Origin: a virus
Lineage: Duplodnaviria; Caudoviricetes
Length of the DNA stretch: 64,000 bases
IMG/VR virus record: IMGVR_UViG_3300037067_004608
Coordinates: 32,001 to 96,000 of that record
Strand: one strand, 5' to 3'
Below, piece by piece: positions 52,354 through 62,076 of the stretch. How positions within the stretch are numbered: the first letter of the stretch is position 1; each line of letters starts with the position of its first letter. The notes beneath the pieces are model-generated. The model saw nothing but the letters and a program-made list of their open reading frames with translations. It made no database searches and was not told the origin of the DNA. Both the position numbers and the translations under genes were made by a program.

Positions 52354-53409
52354 ATGAAGCTAGAACCGACCCTAGCTAATATGATGTGCCATGAAGTTCC
52401 ATCTGGAGAGACTTGGGACAATAAAGTCAGAATAGATGTTGGCTGTGGACTCAAAAAAAGACCTGGATATATAGGTCTTGATAAGGATGAAATCTGCAAA
52501 CCAGATATAATTCATAATATCGAATATGGAGCAATTCCAATAGAAGATAGTGTTGTAGATATTATATATACTTCGCACACTCTTGAACATCTTGAACCAG
52601 CAGGATATATCAATGCTATGAATCAGTTCTGGAGAATACTTAGAACTGGTGGAACAATAGAGATCGTTGTACCATATTTCAGGACAAAAGTTGCAGTTCA
52701 AGACCCTGGACACAGAATGCAATTCTGTGAGGATTCATTCAAATATCTCGATCTAACCTCAAATCCACATCAGCATTATACTATTGAAGGATTTAAGTGC
52801 AACTTTGGCATAGTAGAAAATGAAATAAGAGGCAAAGATTTTGAACATCTTATGCTACATGTAACTCTTGTAAAGAAAGAGATGCCACTTACAGAAGTTG
52901 ATGGATTTGGAATGCACACAGATAAAGATCATACAAGAGGACATTTCCATGTAGGAGAACAAGAAGAATTCATGAATACTTCTCTTGGAATACAACACGA
53001 GTTTATTGAACTTATAGAGAAATATCCTGAGTTATTCAATGTTGCAGCTGAATGTGCACAGCTAAGGGATGTACATGCAAAAGTAGCATTTAATGTCTTA
53101 GGAGAAGATGGCTTCATACAAGAAGTCCTTAATGTTCAACGAAAGATGATACGAGTATATGGTATGGCTCTCAGTGGAGAAGGAACTGTTGAAATATGGA
53201 AACTAAGAAAGAACATGTTCGACCTTGTGAACTATTCTATTGCAGCTCTTGAGACTCTTGATAAAGAGATAGAGAAAGGAAAGGTAGCTTTGACAAATAT
53301 GGTTCCTGTAAATGGGAATCTAAACCATATGATAGAAGCTGCTATAAGGGACTCAGGAGGGTATCCCGAAGGCACTGTCATCAACCCCAAACTACTTTCG
53401 ACTAGATGA
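52354..53409 (+). CDS. Class I SAM methyltransferase fused to a MazG-like nucleotide-modification-associated (DUF1599-like) domain
   Basis: IDVGCG, SHTLEH, RILRTGG, DPGH; C-terminal K..R...NMFDLVNYS. Confidence 0.7.
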   Translation: MKLEPTLANMMCHEVPSGETWDNKVRIDVGCGLKKRPGYIGLDKDEICKPDIIHNIEYGAIPIEDSVVDIIYTSHTLEHLEPAGYINAMNQFWRILRTGGTIEIVVPYFRTKVAVQDPGHRMQFCEDSFKYLDLTSNPHQHYTIEGFKCNFGIVENEIRGKDFEHLMLHVTLVKKEMPLTEVDGFGMHTDKDHTRGHFHVGEQEEFMNTSLGIQHEFIELIEKYPELFNVAAECAQLRDVHAKVAFNVLGEDGFIQEVLNVQRKMIRVYGMALSGEGTVEIWKLRKNMFDLVNYSIAALETLDKEIEKGKVALTNMVPVNGNLNHMIEAAIRDSGGYPEGTVINPKLLSTR

Positions 53410-53753
53410 TAAATAACGAGGGTAGTATAAATATCTAGTCGAAAGAGAATCTTCCCCTAAAATGGAAATACTCAGTTTCACACATTGGGCATCAGAATAT
53501 ATATCTGAGAAGGGATGGCGTGTCCCAGTGCTGATCTGCCAAGGTGGGTATATCAGGATTGGTATAGAAGTTTCATCCTTTTCAAGAATGAAGACATATG
53601 ATGATTACCCTGTGGATTCTATAATAAAAGCTGATACGCCAGAGAAAGAGGCTAAACTCAAGATGCTAGTAAAAGTAAATCTTGATAGATTATACACTAG
53701 TCTCAAAGCTCTACATAGGCAAGAAGAAATGAAAGACGAGGTAAGAAAACAGC

Positions 53754-54521
53754 TTGGATACTGATACTCCTAAAGTTCACCTAATTTCTGCAACTCCTAA
53801 TCCCCGATCAATTCTTTCATTTTGTTGGTCGATAATCAATGAACCAGGATTCCCAATAAATACTGATATCATTGATATGACAGAACTTGGAGAAGCAATA
53901 ACATTTATTGACCCTGTTTCTGGTGCTGCTGGAGAGAATATAGAGACCATAGTTAGAGAGTTTCTCAAATCTGGTCTTGGCGGTCCACTAGAGATGATCA
54001 ACTTTGTCTTTGGCTTTGAGGGAGTAACAAGAGCTTTTACTCACCAAATGGTAAGAACAAGACTTGCAAGTTATATGCAGCAAAGCCAGAGATTCACAGA
54101 CTTCGACGGAAATCTACCTGTTAAAATGCCTGATTCCATCAAGAGTGATAACTGTGACGACAGTAGAGCTGAAGTTCTCTGGGAATCTGCTATAGGTAAA
54201 ATAGAGTTTGTTTGCAAGGAGCTAAAGGCTCTTGGAATACCAACACAAGATATTCGTGGATTATATCCTACAAATATAAAAACGAATATCATACAATGTA
54301 TTGATTACAACGCTCTGAGACGGATGATGTCTCATAGACTTTGTACACAAGCCCAGCAAGGTGAGTGGGCACCTGTAGCAGCACAGATAAAGCAAATAGT
54401 TACAAATTATGATCCTATTCTTGGGGAAGGTCTTGTAGCTGCGTGTCAGCTAACTGGCAAATGCGCATTTGATACTGTGCTAGATAGGGAATGCCCAAAT
54501 AGAGAAGCCCTCAAAAAGTAA
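53754..54521 (+). CDS. thyX: FAD-dependent thymidylate synthase-like
   Basis: F.FEGVTRAFTHQMVRTRLASYMQQSQRF, QDIR..YP, RLC.QAQ..W. Confidence 0.85.
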   Translation: MDTDTPKVHLISATPNPRSILSFCWSIINEPGFPINTDIIDMTELGEAITFIDPVSGAAGENIETIVREFLKSGLGGPLEMINFVFGFEGVTRAFTHQMVRTRLASYMQQSQRFTDFDGNLPVKMPDSIKSDNCDDSRAEVLWESAIGKIEFVCKELKALGIPTQDIRGLYPTNIKTNIIQCIDYNALRRMMSHRLCTQAQQGEWAPVAAQIKQIVTNYDPILGEGLVAACQLTGKCAFDTVLDRECPNREALKK

Positions 54522-54600
54522 AGTTTCCCTTGGCTGCCTCTGTGGCCGGAAGGTAGTCAAGGGAAATAACGCAGTAAATATATTGAAAGGTGGAAAACAG

Positions 54601-56406
54601 ATGAAGTTTGCAAACAGACTCGTTCTTGTGTTAGCACTAATTTTGTGCTGCACAGTGGCATTCTCTGCCACTTACTATGTGAAATGGGATTCTCCCATTA
54701 ATGGTCCTGGTAATGATCTTGACCATGCATACCATACTATTGCTGCTGCAATAACTGCTTCAAGCAACGGGGATACAATATATGTATATGGTCCTCACTC
54801 ATATGCAGAATCCCTAGACTTGAATAAGCAACTGACGGTTACAGGAGTAAATGGGCCGACTATAGATGCTTCTTCCACTGGTTACGGAATTATAATCAGT
54901 GCGGCATCTAACTTACAATACTTCACTGTTCTTGGAGGACATTTTAATGCAATAAGCATAAAGAATGCTGCAACAGGAACAATGGTAAAAGGCTGTACAG
55001 TAAATGTATACCAGTATGGTAAAGGTATCTATATTGGATATGACAGTGCATCAGCATCAGCATCTGCTAGAATTGACAATAACATAATCTCCGGTGGTTC
55101 CTGGAAATCAGAGGGAATATTTGGCTGTATAATTTCTTGGGGAGGTAACTCGATTATAACAAGTAACCTCATCAAGAATGGTGCTCTTGGAATATTCTTA
55201 TATGGAAGTGGATCACCGTCTATTTACAATAACACAATTGTTGGATGCAACAATGTAGCAACTGGTTCAAATCCTCCTGCAACAAAAGGTGGAGGAATAT
55301 ACATAACTCACTATAGTTGGCCACTTATTGAAAATAACATAATTGCCAACAATAACGCTGATTATGGTGGAGCCTATTACATAGACCTAACAGGTGGTGG
55401 CTCTGTTCAGGATATGGGGTGGAACACATTCTATGGAAATACTTCAAATATTTCTGGATATGTTTACTACCCAACACAAGCCAATTTTGGAACAATTGGT
55501 GTAGATGGAAATAACGAAGATAATCCAGTATTTGTTGGAAGTTCTGATTACAGACTACAATATAACTCAACATGTATAGGAACTGGAAACAATAACTATG
55601 CTGGCGGAGAATGCTGCTGGAAAGATATAACAGGACTTCCTCGTGTATTGCCAGCAGCGGGAACTGTTGACAGAGGATGTTATGAAGGTGCATCTGTACT
55701 AACAAATACAAGAACTGTGGGCGACTGGGTAGAGCTAAGATCAAAACCTGTAACTGGTAACTTTACAGATATGTTCTATGTTGAAGAGCCAAGTAGAGTT
55801 AATGGAGTAAAGATACTATCTACAAGTTCTGCAGTTGCTGGAGATTTAGCAACAATAGATGGACAGTATGTTACAAATGAAAATGAGTTATCTATTCAGC
55901 CAACAAGTGTTTCTATAACTTCTGGAAGCTCTTCAAATATACCAGGGACTCTTGGAATGCCAAACCGATCTCTTGGAGGAATAAACATAGGACTCCTTGT
56001 TAGAGTTTGGGGAAAGATAACTTCAGCAGCAGCTGGCGTATACCTAATAGATGATGGTTCTGGTATAAACAGCACTGTTCTCTGGTATGGAACTCCCTAC
56101 AACGTTAATGACTACATAGCTGTAACAGGGGTAAGTTGTTATGGTTGTGTAAGAGCAACTTCTGTTGACTATATAACAACAATAGAAGGTCAGCAGATGA
56201 TGTCTATGGGAATGTCCTCAAGTTCTCTATCTATTGATAAGAGTTCATCTAAATATGAATCCATTCTCAGATGGCAGCAGTTCTTACAGGACAACTTAGA
56301 TGAGCTTGCAAAGCACGAGAAATTAACCGCTTCACAGATAAGCTGGAAGAATCTTATTGAGATACTTATGAAGCAGGCCCAAGAGCAACTATCCAGCTAT
56401 AAGTAA
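54601..56406 (+). CDS. Secreted right-handed beta-helix protein with C-terminal OB-like repeats
   Basis: Signal peptide, TYYV, TI.AAI...GDTI.V, I.NNTI/I.NNII rungs, VDRGCYE, NIGLLVRVWGKIT...IDDGSG. Confidence 0.85.
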   Translation: MKFANRLVLVLALILCCTVAFSATYYVKWDSPINGPGNDLDHAYHTIAAAITASSNGDTIYVYGPHSYAESLDLNKQLTVTGVNGPTIDASSTGYGIIISAASNLQYFTVLGGHFNAISIKNAATGTMVKGCTVNVYQYGKGIYIGYDSASASASARIDNNIISGGSWKSEGIFGCIISWGGNSIITSNLIKNGALGIFLYGSGSPSIYNNTIVGCNNVATGSNPPATKGGGIYITHYSWPLIENNIIANNNADYGGAYYIDLTGGGSVQDMGWNTFYGNTSNISGYVYYPTQANFGTIGVDGNNEDNPVFVGSSDYRLQYNSTCIGTGNNNYAGGECCWKDITGLPRVLPAAGTVDRGCYEGASVLTNTRTVGDWVELRSKPVTGNFTDMFYVEEPSRVNGVKILSTSSAVAGDLATIDGQYVTNENELSIQPTSVSITSGSSSNIPGTLGMPNRSLGGINIGLLVRVWGKITSAAAGVYLIDDGSGINSTVLWYGTPYNVNDYIAVTGVSCYGCVRATSVDYITTIEGQQMMSMGMSSSSLSIDKSSSKYESILRWQQFLQDNLDELAKHEKLTASQISWKNLIEILMKQAQEQLSSYK

Positions 56407-56447
56407 AGCGTATATACGATAGCGGAGGAGTTCCGATAGCGTTTTAA

Positions 56448-56491
56448 GCGTGAATTCACGCGAATGCAATCGGTTCACGCGGTTAGACGGG
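56448..56491 (+). repeat. Palindromic element copy 8
   Basis: GCGTGAATTCACGCGAATGCA-N13-GTTAGACGGG. Confidence 0.9.
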
Positions 56492-56547
56492 TAAAAGAGT
56501 CGATACCGCTTTATTCCGAATATATACAGGGAGGAGGTGATAACAGA

Positions 56548-56718
56548 ATGTCTGGTGATGAAGAGAAGAAGGTAGAGACCACTGAGGAGGAGCCTGAGAC
56601 TGAAGAGACTGAAGAGGTTGAGGAAGCAGAGGAAACCGAAGAAGTCGAAGAGTCTGAGGAAACCGAGGAGGGGTCGGAAACTGAAGAGGATGATCATGAA
56701 GAGGAACCTGAAGAGTAG
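56548..56718 (+). CDS. 56-aa hyper-acidic microprotein
   Basis: GGAGGAGGTGAT RBS; 34 of 56 residues D/E, arranged in xEE repeats; own terminator. Confidence 0.75.
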   Translation: MSGDEEKKVETTEEEPETEETEEVEEAEETEEVEESEETEEGSETEEDDHEEEPEE

Positions 56719-56741
56719 TTGACGACCACCTGTATGAAGTT

Positions 56742-56770
56742 CTGGGAGGGATACTCTCCCTCCCAGTTTA
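56742..56770 (+). terminator. Intrinsic terminator
   Basis: CTGGGAGGGG/TCCCTCCCAG followed by TTT. Confidence 0.7.
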
Positions 56771-56774
56771 TAAT

Positions 56775-57029
56775 ATGATAATAATTAGTGAATCAATATT
56801 TCAATATAAAGGAAGAAAGACATTTCATTTAAGCTCTACAGAGAGTTTAGATGAGCTGTTTGAATTTGCTAATAAGATAGGTCTGAGGCGCGAATGGTTT
56901 CAGGACAAAAGATTTCCTCACTTTGATATTTTTGGAAACAAGATTGACATTGCAAGAGTATCAGGAGCAAAGGAAATATCTTCAAAGGAATTCATTGAAA
57001 CAGCAATAAACAAAGGGAGAATACAATGA
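56775..57029 (+). CDS. DUF4031-family protein
   Basis: HL....LDEL.EFA..IGL.REWFQ....HFD. Confidence 0.8.
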   Translation: MIIISESIFQYKGRKTFHLSSTESLDELFEFANKIGLRREWFQDKRFPHFDIFGNKIDIARVSGAKEISSKEFIETAINKGRIQ

Positions 57030-57610
57030 CTGTAACAAGAGAAGAAATACTTTCTATCCTTACTCCAGGAGATATGGTTGGTCTGTTAAGAAATTACAGA
57101 CCAAAGATCAAATGGGTCCCTGTACACCCAGATGCTGTAGAGCCTAAGTATGCGCACATAAACGACTCTGGAGCAGACCTGATCTCAGTTATGGAAGGAG
57201 ATGTATTTCCTGGAGAGACAGTCCTTTTCGACACAGGGCTTGTCATAGCTCTCGAAGAAGGATGGGAACTACAAGTAAGATCAAAAGGAGGTCTTGCTGC
57301 TAAGTCTATCTGGATAGCAAATAGTCCTGGAACTGTAGATGAGGGCTATCGGGGAAGAATCTTCGCAGAAGTTCACAACGGTAAAACTTCTGAAACCATA
57401 CACATAAGCAAAGGACAGAAAGTAGCTCAAGCTGTAGTAGCTATGTTCTGGCAAGCTGACTATGAGATGGAAACAGATTATCAACTTCTGACTGAAGGTA
57501 TATCGGAAGGTGATAATCTTGAAGAGGTAGTGATGAATAGAGCAATTGATATCCTACCAAAGTCCAGATCAAGTAGAGGAGTTGGTGCTCTTGGAAGTAC
57601 AGGAGTGTAA
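57026..57610 (+). CDS. dut: Trimeric dUTPase
   Basis: DSGADL, VRSKGGL, NSPGTVDEGYRG, KVAQ, RGVGALGSTG. Confidence 0.92.
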   Translation: MTVTREEILSILTPGDMVGLLRNYRPKIKWVPVHPDAVEPKYAHINDSGADLISVMEGDVFPGETVLFDTGLVIALEEGWELQVRSKGGLAAKSIWIANSPGTVDEGYRGRIFAEVHNGKTSETIHISKGQKVAQAVVAMFWQADYEMETDYQLLTEGISEGDNLEEVVMNRAIDILPKSRSSRGVGALGSTGV

Positions 57611-58085
57611 AGTAGCTGCTGAATATAAGTTTGTCTGTAGTTCTTGTAACAGAGTAATTGAAGTCTGGTTGCAATATAGCAAAAGTAAGCCAGGGACATT
57701 TGACAAATACGTCAAATGTAAAGAATGCGGACAAACTTATATGATACGATTTGAGCCAAATCGCTTCGGATGGGCTGCGTTCAAATCTGAGAATATAGAA
57801 GGCTCATATCTCTGTATAGATAACACTGAAAGTGGAGAAGAGATTCTAGTAAGACATATGCTAACTACAGAGAAAAGAGCTACACCAAAATACCCTAATG
57901 AGGATGATTGGTGGGAGATAGCATGAAGTGCCCATACTGTAACAGAGTAATAAGAGATATGCCAGATCATTTAAGAGCAAGCTCGAAGTGTTCAGAGAAA
58001 CACAAAGCAAAGCTACGCAATGATATGAGAATCTCAAAAGAAATGTCACAGAGAGGTCTAAGCGGATATAGAGGTCAATAGCTAG

Positions 58086-59195
58086 ATGTCAAAACTACGA
58101 GTAGCATTGTGTAATGGACTATATATTTTGGGAGGACCAATTTCTTACACAAGATGTGTAAACGAGACTCTAAAGGATTCAGAGATTATATCTCCAGATA
58201 TGTTCGTTTGGAAATCAAAATACAAACTGATCAATGGGGCAAATAATATAGCAAAGCTGAATCCAAGAGAGATTGCTGACTTTCTAAACTCTAGTTATGA
58301 CTTAGTGTGGTTTACCTTCGCTAGTCAAGAGAAAAGACATACATTCAAGAGTGAACCTCCTCCTGTAATGCAAGTAATGTCCCTCCTCGACATACCATTC
58401 ATTATGACTATCCATAGAGATGATGAGATAACAAATCTCAAAAACCGTGGATGGAGTCCATGGGAATGGCAGCAGGCAGGATTAAAGAATCTATCAGGAA
58501 TAATAGTAATAAGTCAGCAACTTGAAAGGAAAGTGAAAGACCTTCATATAGTTGATGATAATAAGGTATTCAGGACTCCTCTTGTTTACCCAGACCCTAT
58601 ACGAACTTCTGATCACAGATCAAAAAGAATAACTTCACTTTCAAGACTGGCATCAGACAAAAGGCAGGAAAAAGTCGCTGAATTAGCAGACTATATTTCC
58701 AAGGATATAGAAGTGTATATACATGGTAGGACTAATCTGTTCAATCATAGCTTCTATCAGCCTTGGATTGATAAGGGTAGAACTGTCTGGCCCGGAGAGT
58801 TCTACCCTTCAGATGTTTGGAATATTCTATCAGATACAGAGATAGGAGCTGATTTTGATGCTCAAGAGATAGGAGATAAACTTCAAGGCGTAACTCTTGA
58901 GTTTATGCTTTCTGGAGCAGTTCCTTTGCTTATAGAAACTACTGGAATAAGCGAATTGAGATGGCCAACTCTTATACACGAAAAGAACTGTATTAAGATT
59001 TGGGAAGATGAGCTTGTATCAGAAGTAGGTCTAAAAAGGGCAGCAGGAAGAGTCGATGGATTTTTTGAAAATCCAGATAGACTAGAAGAGATTAGACAAA
59101 ATAACTACAAACTTGTCGAACAGTTTAGACCTCCTGTGGTTCGACCAATTCTTGAAGATGTGCTAATGAGGATAGTCAATGGAAATAACAGATAA
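58086..59195 (+). CDS. GT-B fold glycosyltransferase (GT4-like)
   Basis: GG at the N-terminus, TIH, IS, LSRLASDKRQE, LEFMLSGAVP. Confidence 0.75.
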   Translation: MSKLRVALCNGLYILGGPISYTRCVNETLKDSEIISPDMFVWKSKYKLINGANNIAKLNPREIADFLNSSYDLVWFTFASQEKRHTFKSEPPPVMQVMSLLDIPFIMTIHRDDEITNLKNRGWSPWEWQQAGLKNLSGIIVISQQLERKVKDLHIVDDNKVFRTPLVYPDPIRTSDHRSKRITSLSRLASDKRQEKVAELADYISKDIEVYIHGRTNLFNHSFYQPWIDKGRTVWPGEFYPSDVWNILSDTEIGADFDAQEIGDKLQGVTLEFMLSGAVPLLIETTGISELRWPTLIHEKNCIKIWEDELVSEVGLKRAAGRVDGFFENPDRLEEIRQNNYKLVEQFRPPVVRPILEDVLMRIVNGNNR

Positions 59196-60654
59196 ATCTA
59201 AACAGTTGCTTAAAGCAATTGGAGCCAAAGAGATAACATTTTCTGGATTACAAAAGAAAATGGGAGAGGATACTCAAATTGGTGCCAATGTAAGCCTATT
59301 AACTCAAATTGGAGCAATAGAAGATGTAGATGGCTATCTTAGTCTAACTGACTTTGGTTTACAAATAGCAGTTCTCGAAGGTTCGGAGATACCAGAAGAA
59401 CTTGAAACTGCGCTTTCAGAAGCTAACAAAATTGCTTCAGAAATAAAGATAGACAAAAAAGGAGAAGCTGCTAGAGCCTTCAACAAAGGAAAAGGGAAAA
59501 CAGACAAACCTCTGTCTATAGCCAAAGAGAAATATCAACAAGGACTTAGCCGAAGGTCTGAAACTGCTAAGTCTAAGCAACCTATTGCTAATCATGGCGA
59601 AGAAGATGAAACTGTTCTTGAGGGTGCCGAGGAAGGAAAAGAACCAGAAGATACTGGAATCATAGAAGTGAAGTCAGCTGGTAGCAATCATTGCCCAGTT
59701 TTTGGTAACTGTAGTCTCAATTTCTGTATAACTATGTGCGCAGGATGGGATAATGGTTGCAGCATTACAGATAAAATGGCAGAGAGGCTTAGACCATAAT
59801 GTTCTATCTTTCGCTCTCAAAGATAAGACCATTTGCTATGTGCTCAAAGGGGCCAGAGATAATCAGATACTTTGAGGCAAGATTTGACGAAGAAGCAGTT
59901 CTACCATTGCAAATAGTCCTTGATGTTTGGGGAGAGACTCACGCAGTATTTTGCCTTAGAGCTGTAGAAGGAGGCCCTGAATTTGCTCTAACCTATGCTA
60001 CAGACTGTGTAGATAGAGTTAGAGATATATTCAATACAGAGTTTGTAGATAATCCTCTATTTGATGAGTGTCTACAAACTGTTCTTGAAAGAGAATCTGG
60101 TAGTTCTATGAAGGAAGCAGGACATAATATAGAATCGTTCTGCTTATCAAATACCAGCGCTGAAAGGGATAAAGCAATAAAGGCAGGATTATCTGCCTCA
60201 AAGCTATCCTATGCAGCATATACTCTAAGCCAGCCTCACGCTTCAGTAGATTTTTCACTAGGAGCAGTAGAAGATGCTTGCCAAGCAGCTAAGAATCCAG
60301 TATTAGAAAACTGTTGGCAAGAGATTCATTTCAAGGAACTTCTATTATCACACAGAGATGAATAGAAAACTAATAATTCCAGTAAAGAAAACTGAAAATG
60401 GAATGAGATGCTTAAAGCTAATCATGTCAAAAGAAGATTATGATGTAGCAGTAGCATGCGACCTAGACTGGCTGCATAGAGCAGCAGTAAGCAATACTGA
60501 TGAGAATGCAAATGTTAACCTAGTTTGGGATAACAGATTGCAGACATACAAGCTCAGACTAATCTTAAAAGAACTCATAGAGGAGACACTAGATGGTATC
60601 AACGGATGCAAAAAGGAAGGCGATAGATGCCGCAGTAAAAAACCTAAACAATAG
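59179..60654 (+). other. Hypothetical genes 59179-59799 (wHTH-like N-terminus), 59799-60365, 60358-60654
   Basis: Coupled plus-strand ORFs. Confidence 0.6.
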
Positions 60655-61648
60655 GTTTGGTGCTAATACTGTAATACATCTAAACGATAAGATGCCAGTA
60701 AGGGGAGAGGTCATCCCAAGTAGTGTAATGCTATTCAATGTTGCCCTTGGCATCGGAGGAATACCAAGAAAGAGAATAACAGAGATATATGGACCAGAAT
60801 CAGGAGGGAAAACAACACTAGCTCTTGATTTTGTTGCAAATTGTCAAAGACTCGGAGGAGTTGCTGCATTTGTAGATGCTGAACACGCACTAGACAAAGA
60901 ATACTCTGCAAATCTTGGAGTTAATATAGAAGATCTGTTGTTGTCACAGCCAGACACTGCTGAAGATTGCCTAGAGGTTGTCGAAGCATTAGTCAGGGCT
61001 GGGACTGATCTTGTAGTTCTTGACTCTGTTGCAGGAATGGTTCCTAAAGCAGAAATTGAAGGAGATATGGGAGCTTCTCACATGGGTCTAATGGCGAGAC
61101 TTATGTCACAAGGACTCCGAAAGATTGGCGGTGCTGTAGACACAAGCAATTCCTGTGTTATCTTCATAAATCAGATTCGAGAGAAAATTGGAATTGCTTT
61201 TGGTAATCCAGAGACAACACCTGGAGGTCGAGCACTAAAGTTCTGGTCGTCAGTTAGAATAGAAGTAAGATCAAGCACTCTTGATTCTGGAGCATATGCA
61301 AAGAATGGCTCCAGACAAAAGATAACTATCAAGAAGAATAAAGTTGCACCGCCATTCAGAAAAGCAGAAGCAGATTTGATATGGGGAGAAGGATATGATT
61401 CCTTCGCAAACCTTATGGAAGCAGGAGTTCTATATGGACTAATAACAAAGGGTGGTGGAGGATACTATAACTTTGGAGAGACAAAGTTCAGAAGAGATAC
61501 TTTTGATTCTGATATGGAAGAAGTCATAGCCCCTCTTATCCTTGATATAATAAATAACGACATAGGAGTTACAGTAGCAGCTGGAGCAGATGTTGATACA
61601 GACAAAGAATCTGCTGGTGAAAGTTTTGATCCTGAGGAGCACGTATGA
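60593..61648 (+). CDS. recA: Recombinase RecA
   Basis: EIYGPESGGKTT, DAEHALD, DSVA, ARLMSQ.LRK, INQIREKIG..FGNPETTPGGRALKF, KNKVAPPF. Confidence 0.97.
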   Translation: MVSTDAKRKAIDAAVKNLNNRFGANTVIHLNDKMPVRGEVIPSSVMLFNVALGIGGIPRKRITEIYGPESGGKTTLALDFVANCQRLGGVAAFVDAEHALDKEYSANLGVNIEDLLLSQPDTAEDCLEVVEALVRAGTDLVVLDSVAGMVPKAEIEGDMGASHMGLMARLMSQGLRKIGGAVDTSNSCVIFINQIREKIGIAFGNPETTPGGRALKFWSSVRIEVRSSTLDSGAYAKNGSRQKITIKKNKVAPPFRKAEADLIWGEGYDSFANLMEAGVLYGLITKGGGGYYNFGETKFRRDTFDSDMEEVIAPLILDIINNDIGVTVAAGADVDTDKESAGESFDPEEHV

Positions 61649-62076
61649 TACAATATGTAGTTTGTCTACCATTCAACGAATCTAAAAGCCACGTAGTTCT
61701 AATTGAGAAAACACATCCTAAGTGGCAAGCAGGGAAGTGGAATGGTCCAGGAGGTCACATAGAACCTGGAGAGGAAATAAATCAAGCTGCTCAGAGAGAA
61801 TGTGCTGAAGAGGTAGGACTAACTACATCGCCTGAAGACTGGAGACATTTCCTAACTTTATTCAACTTCAAAAATGATTGGGAAGTGTACTTTCTTTCTA
61901 CTTTTATGGATATAGAAGTAGCAAAGACACTAACAGATGAGAGAGCTGTGATAACCCCTGTCAGAGCTTTATGGTTTAAGCCAATAATACCAAATCTACG
62001 CTGGATAATACCATTAGCTCTTGATGAAACAGGACTTTCACTTCCTATAGAGATTGAAGATAGAGGAGAGATATAA
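61645..62076 (+). CDS. NUDIX hydrolase
   Basis: GGHIEPGE....AAQRECAEEVGL Nudix box. Confidence 0.9.
   Translation: MIQYVVCLPFNESKSHVVLIEKTHPKWQAGKWNGPGGHIEPGEEINQAAQRECAEEVGLTTSPEDWRHFLTLFNFKNDWEVYFLSTFMDIEVAKTLTDERAVITPVRALWFKPIIPNLRWIIPLALDETGLSLPIEIEDRGEI

Noticed and set aside
241-56491. Palindromic repeats as a CRISPR array or plain EcoRI sites
   Set aside because: Copies are kilobases apart with no repeat-spacer periodicity and no cas genes. Other GAATTC sites (e.g. 13983, 45047, 52966) lack the extended consensus.
3278-56547. Upstream extensions of ORFs 3278, 31968, 33432, 39828, 43699, 47064 and 56464
   Set aside because: They run through promoters, hairpins, palindromic elements or upstream genes; better RBS-supported starts lie downstream.
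11372-56697. Long antisense ORFs such as 11372-11914, 17572-18216, 40598-41047, 47396-47818, 55325-55744 and 56389-56697
   Set aside because: They are shadows of well-supported plus-strand genes, with no RBS or recognisable motifs.
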